Below, piece by piece: positions 45,809 to 56,858 of a DNA stretch of 64,000 nt. How positions within the stretch are numbered: position 1 is the stretch's first letter; each line of letters begins with the position of its first letter. The position numbers and the translations under genes are program-made. Location: the NCBI RefSeq assembly GCF_009914755.1, contig NC_060925.1; one strand, given 5' to 3'. The stretch is from the human T2T-CHM13v2.0 reference genome, Homo sapiens. The notes below the pieces were generated by a model that was not told the origin of the DNA, made no database searches, and was given only the letters and a program-made list of their open reading frames with translations.

Positions 45809-46354
45809 TTTATTGCTTAAGACTTCCAGTCTGTGAGACTGGGTTAGGATAGCCCTAGCAATCTAATACAGTACCTGACACCAGTAGGCGCTAAATAAAC
45901 ATTAAGCCTTGTAGTGACAACATTGAGAGTTACAGTGGAGAGAAAGCCCGGCAGATGTGCGGAGGGGATGGAGCGAGGCCACCTGCACAGGAACTGAGCA
46001 CCACCGTGGAGTCCCAGCCATCCGTGCACAGCCAAGTCTGTCCTGTATTTGCGGTTGTATCCGTAGCTTTTCACCGGTAACTTGCTTTTTTGCCTTCTGG
46101 TCCACCTCAAATCTTGCCTCTCTTTTTGACAACTGCCCAAATGGCCTGTTCACCAAAGCCACTTCTCAACACAGGTCACCAAATTTCGCTGTCAAAAGGG
46201 TCCCCCATGCTGGCTCCCTCACCCACAATTGAAGAGCACGGTGGCCTTCATCCACTCTCCACGCCAGTCCTGCCCAACAGAACAGGCATAAAAGTACTTA
46301 CTTACACTTCACCTATTTCATCCTTTCTTCCCAGTCATTCTGGAGCCATATAAA

Positions 46355-46500
46355 TGTTTTCATTCTCATTTTACACATTTAAAATAATGAGACTCAGAAA
46401 GTTTAAGTGACTTCTTAATGTTATATGGATACCATATGATACATCTTGTGGGATCTAATCATCAGAGACTAAATCCTGTGCTCTTTCTATCACATCATGA
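46355..46500 (-). mobile_element. MIR fragment
   Basis: CTCATTTTACA...GAGACTCAGAAAGTTTAAGTGACTT. Confidence 0.65.
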
Positions 46501-46844
46501 AGCAGATGGTAATTTAATTCACCATCTTTCATTCAATATAATATACAAATAATAGGCAATACTGATGAAATTGTTCAGAAAGCTATATGTGATTTCTGAC
46601 ATACAAGAATCATGGCCCAAATAAAAATTGTGCTACATTATCATTCAACTGGAGTTTCAATTATATTAAATCTAGATGTCATTATTTGCAATCAACAAGA
46701 ATGACTGAACTCAACATATTCAAAAGTTCTGATCTATGAGAGTTATAGAAACACAAACAGTACTACCATCATAAAGCTTTAAATAAAATTCAATTAAAGA
46801 GAATTTATTTTTTGAATATTTCTCATATGCCAATGACTGCAGTT

Positions 46845-47130
46845 ATTTTAGATAAGTTTTTATTGAGCACTTGCTATGTACTAGTCACTGTTCTATGTGC
46901 TGGGATTACAAGTAGTAAACAAACAGGAAAAACCTCTTGCTCTTTTGGAGCTCATTTATTATCTTGTTCAGTATTCAATAGCCCTGCCACAAGGTGTTAT
47001 CTTTGGCATTTCCCAGGAAAGGAAATAGAAGCTTTGGGAGTTTAGGTATCTTTCCCAAAAGCATTCAGCAAGTGAGACAAAGACTCAGGATTTGAATCTT
47101 GGTCACTCAGACTGCAAAGCCCTGAGTAAT
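46845..47130 (-). mobile_element. L2 3' end followed by a MIR fragment
   Basis: TTTATTGAGCACTTGCTATGT...TGCTGGG then GGATTTGAATCTTGGTC..CAGACTGCAAAGCCC. Confidence 0.6.
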
Positions 47131-47581
47131 ATTTCCATGTTCCTTCTGCAATAAAGCCCAAACATTTATTGCTTGGCCTTAGAACAAATGCACAATCATT
47201 TGGACACAGTGCACAGATCCTTCAGGGCAGTGGCCCTAGAGCCATGCTGTCCTGCTAGGCATAGTTTATCTTTGTTTTAGTTCTTTGTTTGTTCCCCTTT
47301 CCTCACCCATACTTTGCCTAAACTAGTGCCTGGAGAAATGCATGGGAAAAGATTCCAGCTGAGATAAAATTCAAGTCTGAAGTAAGCTGCCAGTCAATGG
47401 CAGCCTCCTCCTGTGAGTTGAGTTAGAAAATAACAGAAGGCCTTTCTTTTCCCTCTGACTGTGCCACCACCCAGGGGAGTCTACAGGAGCCAGAGACACC
47501 AGATATGGTCCTGGGGCTATTGACCAGGTCGCTTCCAGGCCACCACCAGGCAAAGTTTTGTCTATTCTCACTCTGAAGCAA

Positions 47582-49189
47582 TGTAATACAGTCCTATTTG
47601 CAGCAGCGGCCTGTCTGGAGTGGCCGCTGCCATGGCGCAGGCGGCAGTTGGGGAGGCAAGGCTGGGGCTGAGTGCTCCACAGAGCCTGCAGGAGCTGGAA
47701 CAGGCAGAAGCCCCACCAACTTCTGAGTTGGCAGGGCAGGAGTCTCATGCACCCCAGACACAGCTGCAGCCACTCAGCCATGGCTCCAGACCCAGGCATC
47801 CCTGTGCTCTTGGGGGCCTGGAGCAAGCAGGAGCCCTGCACTTTCAGGCACAGCTGCAGCCTACCAGTGGCAGGTGCAGGCCCAGCATCTCTGACTCTCA
47901 GGGACCCGGGAAGCCCCACTCCCCCTGCAGCCTCATAAGTGCCTGCTCCCTGCTCCTGGCATCCACTCTGATCTCAGACCCAAGTTGAGACTGAGCCTGG
48001 GTGCACCCGGCTGGGTGCATGCACTCTCGGAGCAATGCTCCCTGCTGCCTTGGACCCCTCTGGACTTTGGGTGTCAATGAGCATGGGGAGGGAGGCCAAG
48101 CGGGAGCAGAGAGCAGCTCAACACTGGCCTGCAGGCACCCCTCAACATAAATAGCCTGGGTGCTGTGGATGATGGCAGGAGGCAGACAGGTAGGTTCCTG
48201 TGTAGATAGGGGCTCCCCATTGAAGCCCCACCTTCAATCCAGGGACAGCCTGAAGCCTGGGGGCTGAGCTGATCAGACAGAATGGGAATTTATGGTACTT
48301 TTTCTGGGCCTGCCCATGATTGCCCAGAAACCAATCAGCATGCACCTCCTCCTGTCTGAAGTCCATAAAAACCCCAGACTCAGCCAGACTCCAGGAGACA
48401 ACCAGAAGACCTGCCTGTGGAGAGGAGCTGCCCTCTTCACAGTCTCCTCTCTGCTGAGAGCTGAGCAGATGTTGGTTCAAACAGCTGTGGAGAGGAACCA
48501 CCCACTCCAGGGTCTCCTCTCTGCTGAGAGCCGAGCAGATATTGGGACACCCTGCCTGCAGAGAGGAGCTACTCAGTGTGGGTCTCCTCTAAGTTGTTCT
48601 GTCACTGAATGAAGCTCCTCTTTGCCTTGCTCATCCTCCACTTGTCCGGGTACCTCATTCTTCCTGAACATAGGACAAGAACTCAGGACCCGCCAAATGG
48701 TGGGCCAAAAAGATCTGTGGGCAACAAGAAGGAGAGAAGAGAAAAAGAGAGAAGAGCTGTGGCCCTTTGGGAAGCCCAGACCTAACAGCTCCCCAAGCCA
48801 AGGCTGTGACTCCCTCTTTGGGTTTCTGCGGTTCCTAGTGTCGCCAAGCTTCCAGGTTCCACAACATTCCCCCGCACCAGCCATGGAAGCTGCTTGCAGT
48901 ATACCAGGTCCAGCCACAGCCTCACAGGGAGCTGGTGCCCTGCCATAGCCAGCATGCCTGGTTGTGTGCAGTGGCTGGACCCTACACTTGCTTGCTCGCA
49001 CACCCATCACCACTTCATGCCTGACTGACCCTTGGCAGGCATGAGATTCAGGTAGTGCGAGCTGAGTGCAGCCTGCTAGGCAAAGTGGGCAGAATGAGCC
49101 TAGCAGGCCTGAATGAAAACTCAGGCAAAGGCGCCACTGGCCACAGAGGTTTCTGGCTGGCAAAGCAACACCCCAAGGATCCTATGACA
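47582..49189 (+). mobile_element. MER52-like ERV1 solo LTR (~1.6 kb)
   Basis: TG...CA ends; GC-rich body; CCAATCAGCATGCAC, CATAAAAACCCCAGACTCAGCCAGACT, repeated CTCCTCTCTGCTGAGAGC blocks; 3' GGCCACAGAGGTTTCTGGCTGGCAAAGCAACACCCCAAGGATCCTATGACA. Confidence 0.88.
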
Positions 49190-49749
49190 CTATGGCTAAA
49201 ATCCTTGCACTATGCAAATTTTGTCATCCTTCTTTAACCTCAGGAGGCAAGACTTGCTTAATGCTTCCTCTGGCTGGAATTTGTGTGCTTCAGAAATGTA
49301 AATAAGCTGAATTAAGTCTGAAAAAGCATACAAGTTCTCACAGAGGCGGGGTGTTCTGAAACCAATTCACATTAATCAGTATTTGTAGATGCTCCCTGCA
49401 AATACCTTCTCTAACCTTCTGTTAGAATTTTTTCACATGGGTTCAAGTAATGCAGAGCCTTTCTCAGGAATCTGGATCTTAATAGTTAGCACTATCTGGC
49501 TGTTTTGGCATGCAAAATAAAGGACAAAGAGCCAGGATGTTCTTGGTGACACACCTGAGTGAGCAGGGGCCAGGCCTGGTCTTTCTGTGCTTCTCTGTCT
49601 GTAGAGATTAAAACAATAGCAGTGCCTCACTGAAGATCACAAATAGAGTGCCCTAAAAATCATTTAGCAGGATAAAGCAAACTGGATTGTGTCTCATTTT
49701 TACTGTGTCTAATTAAACGCTTAGTATCATCACGTATCGCGCTAGGCAT

Positions 49750-50372
49750 GGAAGAGCAGTGCCACCCTTAGATTTAGGTAAAAGGTTTCTCCTCCAGCTT
49801 TCATCTGGCCACACCCCACCCCAGGCAAAGAGTTATGGGGCCACCTGGAGTCCACACCTTCCCTCTAGACCATGTTCCAGGCATAGTAGACCCCAGAATT
49901 ATCTGCTAAGATGGTCTTCTGTCCACTTTCAGGACCTACACAGGCCTCTTCCTGGGGTCTGAACTTTTGAGGGAAAATTGTACCACTGATGTATGCATCC
50001 CTGGACTAAAGGGGTGCTCTTCATGGAGGAGCTAGGCTTGGAGGTCAGGGCTGCAGTGTTGATACATGTGCTCCTCAGGTCATTCACGGTGAGAGTTTGA
50101 GCTGGGATGACAAGAGAAGGGGGTGAGGCTACAGGCTGGGGGCCAGGGGCTGGGGTCACCTCTCTCCATGTTCCAGTTGGAACTTCAAGGGACTGAGCCT
50201 GAAAATGCCACACTTGAAATTGTCCCTCCATACCATTATAAAAGAATACCTGTGAAGGTGGGAGAATGATATGTATTATTTTTAACAATTTTTAGGTTGA
50301 TTTTTAACCTTTAAATATTTAGACATATGGAATGTGAGCTTCCATCTGCACCCTTGTTCCTGGCCCCACGAT
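49750..50372. mobile_element. hAT-Tip100-type DNA transposon relic (FordPrefect/MER91-like)
   Basis: CCACACCTTCCCTCTAGACCATG and terminal CTTCCATCTGCACCCTTGTTCCTGGCCCCAC resemble this family as recalled. Confidence 0.4.
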
Positions 50373-50399
50373 TACTACAAATCACACAAAATGCTAAAG

Positions 50400-50588
50400 T
50401 AGTGGGTCTCAGACTTTACTATTTATAAAAATCACCTGAGATGCTTGTGAAAAATCTAATTCCAGGCCATAGTCTTCCAGATATTCAGATGCAGTCAGCT
50501 TGGTTTGAGACTCAAGAAAGTTCATTTTTACAGCTTTCCCAGGTGGTTTTGATAGACGTAGTCCGACGACCACTCTTGGAGAGTCACA
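50400..50588. mobile_element. MER5-type DNA transposon
   Basis: AGTGGGTCTCAGACTTT...AATCACCTGAGATGCTTGT...TCCCAGGTGGTTTTGAT. Confidence 0.7.
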
Positions 50589-50649
50589 AAGTTCCCTGGT
50601 GGAATTAATGATTTCACTGACAAAACACACACAAGGGAAACAATGAAAG

Positions 50650-50915
50650 GGTAATTTAGAAGTATGATCCAACAAAGTAAAAAAATGGATTTTTATACAA
50701 AACCAGAATTAAAATATCTAAAGGATTGTTGTCCCCTACAAAGCAGTCCCCTTGGAGGTTAGACACTTATCCTAAGCCGGCAGCTATTGCTCAAAACATT
50801 TCGACACTGATTTTTTTAAATTGCCTTTAGAGGTAGATTATGAGCCACATCAGAAAGCCAATCTTGTTATTTCACATCACAGTATGCATCTGACAAAAAA
50901 CAGCATTACCCAGAA
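50650..50915. mobile_element. MARNA-like mariner relic
   Basis: AGTCCCCTTGGAGGTTAGACACTTATCC...CTATTGCTCAAAACATTT...AATTGCCTTTAGAG. Confidence 0.6.
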
Positions 50916-50994
50916 GGATGATGCATTGTTACTTAGCAGATTTAGTTCTTATGCTTTCCGAGTCAAATGTGTCATAAAAGAAGATCTATTATAT

Positions 50995-53800
50995 AAGCAC
51001 ACCTGTTTATGTCAGCCTCCTTCTGAAACTATACTAAAGTGACAATGAAGAAAGAAAAAAGGCATAAATCTGCAAAGACAAAGTGAGAAAGAAGGTTCAG
51101 GAAGAAATTGGAATCAGTATTTAAGAAACTGGAAAATAGATGGAGAAGTGGCCATGGACTTAGCAGACCCAAGAAATCTGAAACTTGAGCCTGTCATAAG
51201 GAAAGTTAGGAGATAGACTAATTTTACCTCAGAACCCTGCCTTGGGAATTGGAGACAAGTAACTCAAGGAGGCAGTCATGTAGCATGGGGATGGAAAAAA
51301 AAGAAGATTCACTGAAAACTTGTATAAAGAGAAATTAGCCCACCTGGATCCCATCCCCCAGCCAGGCAACAGTTCCTCCCCAAAACCAGCAGAAGAAGTG
51401 AGTGCCATCCTCTGGAGAGTCCAAGCCAGAGACACCTGCATTCTGGAACAACAGTCTGCAAGGCAAGGATGAAAGTCCTTACTAGAAATAGGCCATTAAG
51501 TGAAAATCTGCTGAACGCTGAGACCCCCACCTCCTTTCTGCTTGGTGACCAAAATGCAGAACTACACCCATGAGGAAGGAGACTGAGGACTATGAGAAAT
51601 CCAAGAAAAAGGACATATTTAAAAGAAGATCCTGTTATCGAAGGTCCTTCTGTGAAATGGCCTGGTTCTCACCAAGTCATCTATAGTAGAGCACATCAGT
51701 CAACAAGTCTTACAAAAACACATGAGGCTCTTTATGGTCTTGCTAGTGGCTGAATCTGAGATATAAACAGACAGCTCAGAATCACCTGACATATGAGGAA
51801 AATTTCTACCAAGAAAAGCAGAGACTAATAGCAAGGAAACTGCAGAGAGGAAAGGCAATGCAGGGATTTGAGAAAAACTGTGAAGCAGATGAAAAACGTT
51901 TTCAAAACCCTATTAGTATCTTCAGAAAGGGCAGGGTGCAGTGGCTCAGGTCTGTAATCCTGGGACTTTGGGAGGCCGAGGCAGGTGGATCACTTGAGGT
52001 CAGGGGCTCAAGACTAGCCTGGCCAACATGGTGAAACCCTGTCTCTCCTAAAAATACAAAAATTATCCAGATGTGGTGGCATATGCCTGTACTCCCAGCT
52101 ACTCATGAGGCTGAGGCAGGAGAATCACTGAAGCCAGGAGGCAGAGGTTGCTGTGAGCTGAGATCATGCCACTGTGAGACTCTGTCTCAAAAAAAAAAAA
52201 TTTAAAAAAATTAAAAGAAAATCTTCCAAAAAATAAGAGAAGATATTAAAACCACAAAAAAAAAGGGTGCTTTCAAAAGACAGGAAAAAGAACTCCTGTC
52301 ACTATTAGAGAAACAAAAAAGTTGAACAGAATAAATACAAAATAAAGTTGAGCAAATCTTCCAGGTAACAAAGGCCCTAAGACAGGAGCATACCTGGTAT
52401 TTAAAGTGTCTACCAGCAACCCAAGTCAAGATGTCAAGGAGGCTGTTGAACATGTTGTTCTGGAGCTTATAGCTGGTGTGTAAAGAGAAGTGGCATGGAG
52501 AAGATCACCAGAGGAGTGGGTGAAGACAGGGAAGAACTGAACTCTGAGACACATCAAATTTAACAGGTCTGAGAAGTAGAGAAGAACTAGTAAAGAAGAT
52601 TGCAAAGGAGTGAGCAGTGAAGTAGGAGGCAAAGAATGTCAGACTGACCAATGAGGTCAGATGCCACTGATAAGTCAAGTAAAATGAGGCTTAGGAATTG
52701 CACATTGAATTTAACAGTTTGAGCTCTTGATGGGCCTGCTCCTTCATAGCATAACGAATTTTAAAAAGATCTGCCCCAAGGCCTACCATCATGCATATCA
52801 GTTCTCTAGAGGTAAAACGATTTTAAAATCTTCCAAAAAGGCAAAGCCAGACAAACTAAAATAAAAAACTGGTGAAATACAGAGATTAGGTTAGGATATC
52901 ACAGGTTGTCAGGAGCAACACTAGAAGCTAGAAAACATAGGAGAAATATCTTCAAAATTCTGAGGTGATGATCCCAATTTGGAATTTTGTTCCTAGCTAA
53001 ACTATCAATCAAGTGTGAGTTTAAATGAAGACATTGTAAACATGCAGGGCTTGGGAAAAAAATGTACCTCCTATTACTATTTTCTTAGGGAACTATTAAA
53101 AGTGTGTGCTCTGTGAAAACAAGAGATTGAAGGCATGGAATCTAGAAGACCAGGGATTTAACACATGAGAGACAAGAAGGATTTCCAAGATGATGGTGAA
53201 GAGCAGTCCATAGTGTCATGTGGGTGGGAGCCTAGAGGGCTAGCAGCACAGGAAGTCAGAGGGCTCCAGGAGAGACATTGCCAGGAGAAACATGAAACCA
53301 ATTGGATTGTCTTGTATAGCTGAGCATATTGAAATAACTTGTAGAAATCTGTTGGGGAGTTTGGGGATAAACTAATATCTGGTGAATAAAAGCCTAATCT
53401 CCTAATGAAAATCAAGTAATTGAAGCCAGGAAAAAAAGATTGTGGAAAAAAGGAAATGTTACCACAGTAGAGTGTGACCCAGCTGTACATACTACTCTGA
53501 TAGTCCTAATAATGTAAATACTAAATAAAGTCTCAGCCAAAATAGCAGTCAGTATAACTAATTCGGAAAGATAGGAGGAGGGATGGTATATGGATGTATT
53601 AAGGCAGGGAAGTGGGAATGTTAAGACCTAAATGGGATATTAGGTAAATATACTCTTTTCATAGGAGGATATAAAAACCAAAAACTGAAAAATCAAGAAA
53701 ACCAAGTTATTTAGAAATAGATTATAAACACACACATACACAAAAAACACCCAGAAGTATTGAAAGCGCTTGCCTCAGAGAAGCAAGCATTTGAATTGAG
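50995..53800 (+). mobile_element. Old L1M/HAL1-like 5'-ORF1 region fragments, interrupted by an Alu and an antisense L2 (~52370-52740)
   Basis: AGCAACACTAGAAGCTAGAA...CTTCAAAATTCTGAGG...CTAGCTAAACTATCAATCAAGTGTGAG ORF1-like block. Confidence 0.6.
51930..52200 (+). mobile_element. AluS with ~20-nt deletion near its 3' end
   Basis: Alu dimer; GCCACTG joined directly to TGAGACTCTGTCTC. Confidence 0.93.
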
Positions 53801-54082
53801 ATAAACAGGATGAGAGACATTTACTGAATGTCTTCTTACTTCCGAATCCTATGTGCTTAACCTACAACAGGATCTAGGGCACAATTCCTGCCCTTCTTGC
53901 ATCTTACTGCCTAATTCATGTTTTACAGCTCACTGAACTACTTCATATGTAAATACTAAAGGATATTGGATATGAGAAGGTCACATAAAGATGGTAGGAT
54001 TTGGTAAGAGGCACTCCTGGAGACAATGATCAACTAATTAATTGAATAAAACATTTTTCATGGGCTTAAAAAAAGTAAGAAG

Positions 54083-54388
54083 GGCCGGGTGTGGTGGCTC
54101 ATGCCTGAAATCCCAGCACCTTGGGAGGCCGAGGTGGGCAGAACACTTGAGGTCAGGAGTTTGAGACCAGCTTGGCCAACATGTTGAAACCCTGTCTCTA
54201 CTAAAAATACAAAAATCAGCTGGGTGTGGTGGCAGGCACCCATAATTCTAGCTACTCAGGAGGCTGAGGCAAGATAATCGTTTGAACCTAGGAGGCAGAG
54301 GTTGCAGTGAGCTGAGATCATGCCAGTGCACTCCAGCCTGGGCAACAGAGTGAGACTGTCTAAAAAAAAAAAAACAAAACAAAAAAAA
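54083..54388 (+). mobile_element. AluS (AluSx-like) immediately 5' of a full-length L1
   Basis: GGCCGGGTGTGGTGGCTCA start; A/AAAAC tail; only CGATTA separates it from the L1. Confidence 0.95.
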
Positions 54389-54417
54389 CGATTAGGGAGA
54401 GCTGGGCAAGAGCTGGG

Positions 54418-54426
54418 CAAGATGGC
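54418..54426 (+). promoter_or_regulatory. YY1-type motif (CAAGATGGC) at the start of the L1 5' UTR internal promoter
   Basis: Known conserved position in L1PA 5' ends; preceded by an 11-bp tandem duplication GAGCTGGGCAA. Confidence 0.6.
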
Positions 54427-55743
54427 TGAATGGGAACAGCTCTAGTCTGCAGCTCCTAGCAAGAACAATGCACGAGGCAGGCGATTTCTGCATTTCCAAC
54501 TGAGGAGGTACCTGGCTTATCTCATTGGGACTGGTTAGAGAGTGGGTGCAGCCCAGAGAGGGCAAACAGAAGCAGGGTGGGGCATTGCCCCACCCAGGAA
54601 GCACATGGGGTCAGGGAAAGCTTCCCTAGCCAAAGGAAGCCCTGAGGGGCTGTGCCCTGAAGAATGGTGCATTCCAACGCAGATATTATGCTTTTCCCAC
54701 GGTCTTCACAACCTGCAGACCAGGAGATTCTCCTGGTACCTACACCACCAGGGCCCTGGGTTTCAAGCACAAAACTGGGCAGCCATTTGGGCAGACACTG
54801 AGCTAGCTGCAGGAGTTTTTTTTCATACCCCAGTGATACCTGGAATGCCAGCAAGAGAGAACCATTTACTCCCCTGGAAAGGGAGCTGAAGCCAGGGAGC
54901 CAAGTGGTCTAGCTCAGCAGATCCCACCCCTTGGAGCCCAGCAAGCTGACATCCACCAGCTTGAAATTCTTGCTGCCAGCACAGCAGTCTGAAGTTGACC
55001 TGGGACTCTGGAGTTTGGTGGGGGGAGGGGCGTTCACCATTATTGAAGTTTGCGTAAGAGGTTTTCCCCTCACAGTGTAAACAAAGCCGCTGGGAAGTTC
55101 AAACTGGGCATAAGTTCGAACCGCAGCTTGGGAAAGATGCTGTAGTCAGACTGCCTCTCTAGATTCCTCTCTGGGCAGGGCATCTCTGAAAGAAAGGCAG
55201 CAGCCCCAGTAAGGGGCTTATAGATAAAACTCCCATCCCCCTGGGTCAGAGCACTTGGGGGAAGGGGTGGCTGTGGGCACAGCTTCTGCAGACTTAAATG
55301 TTCCTGCCTGATGGCCCTGAAAATAGTAGCAGATCTCCCAGCACAGCGCTCGAGCTCTGCTAAGGGACAGACTGCCTCAAGTGGGTCTCTGACCCCCATG
55401 CCTCCTGACTGGCAGACACCTCCCGGCAGGAGTCGACAGACACCTCATACAGGAGAGCTCCGGTTGGCATCTGGCGGATGCCCCTCTGGGATGAAGCTTC
55501 CAGAGGAAGAAATAGGAGCAATCTTTGCTGTTCTGCAGCCTCTACTGGTGATACCCAGGCAAACAGGGTCTGGAGTGGACCTCCAGCAAACTCCAGCAGA
55601 CCTGCAGCAGAGGGGTCTGACTGTTAGAAGGAAAACTAACAAATAGAAAGGAACGGCATCAACATCAACAAAAAGGATGTCCACACAAAAACCACCTCCG
55701 AAGGTCACCAACACCAAGACCAAAGGTAGATAAATCCACGAAG

Positions 55744-56795
55744 ATGAGGAAAAATCAGCGCAAAAAGCCTGAAAATTCCAAAAACCAGAATGCCTCTTCT
55801 CCTTTAGAGGATCACAACTCCTGGACAGCAAGGGGACAAAACTGGACTAAGAATGAGTAGGCTTCAGAAGGTGGATAATAACAAACTCCTCCAAGCTGAA
55901 GGAGCATGTACTAACCCAATGTAAGGAAGCTAAGAACCCTGAAAAATGGTTGGAGGAATTGCTTACTAGAGTAACTAGTTTAGCGAAGAACATAAATGAC
56001 CTGATGGAGCTGAAAAACACTGCACGAGAACTTCCTGAAGCATACACAAGTATCAATAGCTGAATTGATCAAGCAGAAGAAAGGATATCAGAGATTTAAG
56101 ATCAACTTAATGAAATGAAGCACGAAGACAAGATTAGAGAAAAAAGAATGAAAAGGAATGAACAAAGGCTCCAAGAAATATGGGACTATGTGAAAAGACC
56201 AAACCTACGTTTCATTGGTGTACCTGAAAGTGACAGGGAGAATGGAACCAAGTTGGAAAACACCCTTCGGGATATTATCCAGCAGAACTTTCCCAACCTA
56301 GCAAGACAGGCCAACATTCAACTTCAGGAAACACAGAGAACACCACAAAGATACTCTTCGAGAAGAGCAACCACAAGACACACAATCCTCAGATTCACCA
56401 AGGTAGAAATGAAGGAAAAAATGTTAAGGGCAGCCAGAGAGAAAGGTTGCGTTATGCACAAAGGGAGTCCCATCAGACTAACAGTGGATCTCTCTGCAGA
56501 AACCCTACAACCCAGAAGAGACTGGGGGGCAATATTCAACATTCTTAAAGACAAGAATTTTCAATCCAGAATTTCATATCCAGCCAAACTAAGCTTCATA
56601 AGTGAAGGAGAAATAAAACTTTTTACAGACAAGCAAATGCTGAGAGATTTTGTCACCACCAGGCCTGCCTTAGAAGAGCTCCTGAAGGAAGCACTAAACA
56701 TAGAAGGAAAAACCAGTACCAGCCACTGCAAAAACATACTAAATTGTAAAAAAACAAACAAACAAACAAACAAACAAAAACCTACTAAATTGTAA
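55744..56795 (+). pseudogene. L1 ORF1 (RNA-binding chaperone) remnant with stops and frameshifts
   Basis: ATGAGGAAAAATCAG start; LQEIWDYVKRPNLR, NFPNLARQANIQ, ISYPAKLSF motifs. Confidence 0.9.
56748..56775 (+). repeat. A7C(AAAC)5 tract between 18-bp direct repeats
   Basis: AAAAAC(A/C)TACTAAATTGT at 56730-56747 and 56776-56793. Confidence 0.9.
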
Positions 56796-56858
56796 AGACC
56801 ATTGACACTTTGAAAAAACTGCATCAAGTAACTGGAAAAATAACCAGCTAGCATCATA

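Noticed and set aside
45878-45893. CTCF-like motif ACACCAGTAGGCGCTA (weaker ones near 9044 and 24722)
   Set aside because: Mismatches at core positions, and explained by the MIR 3' end.
47371-49163. Cluster of 100-196 aa ORFs on both strands
   Set aside because: Almost wholly inside the GC-rich MER52-like LTR, where stop codons are rare.
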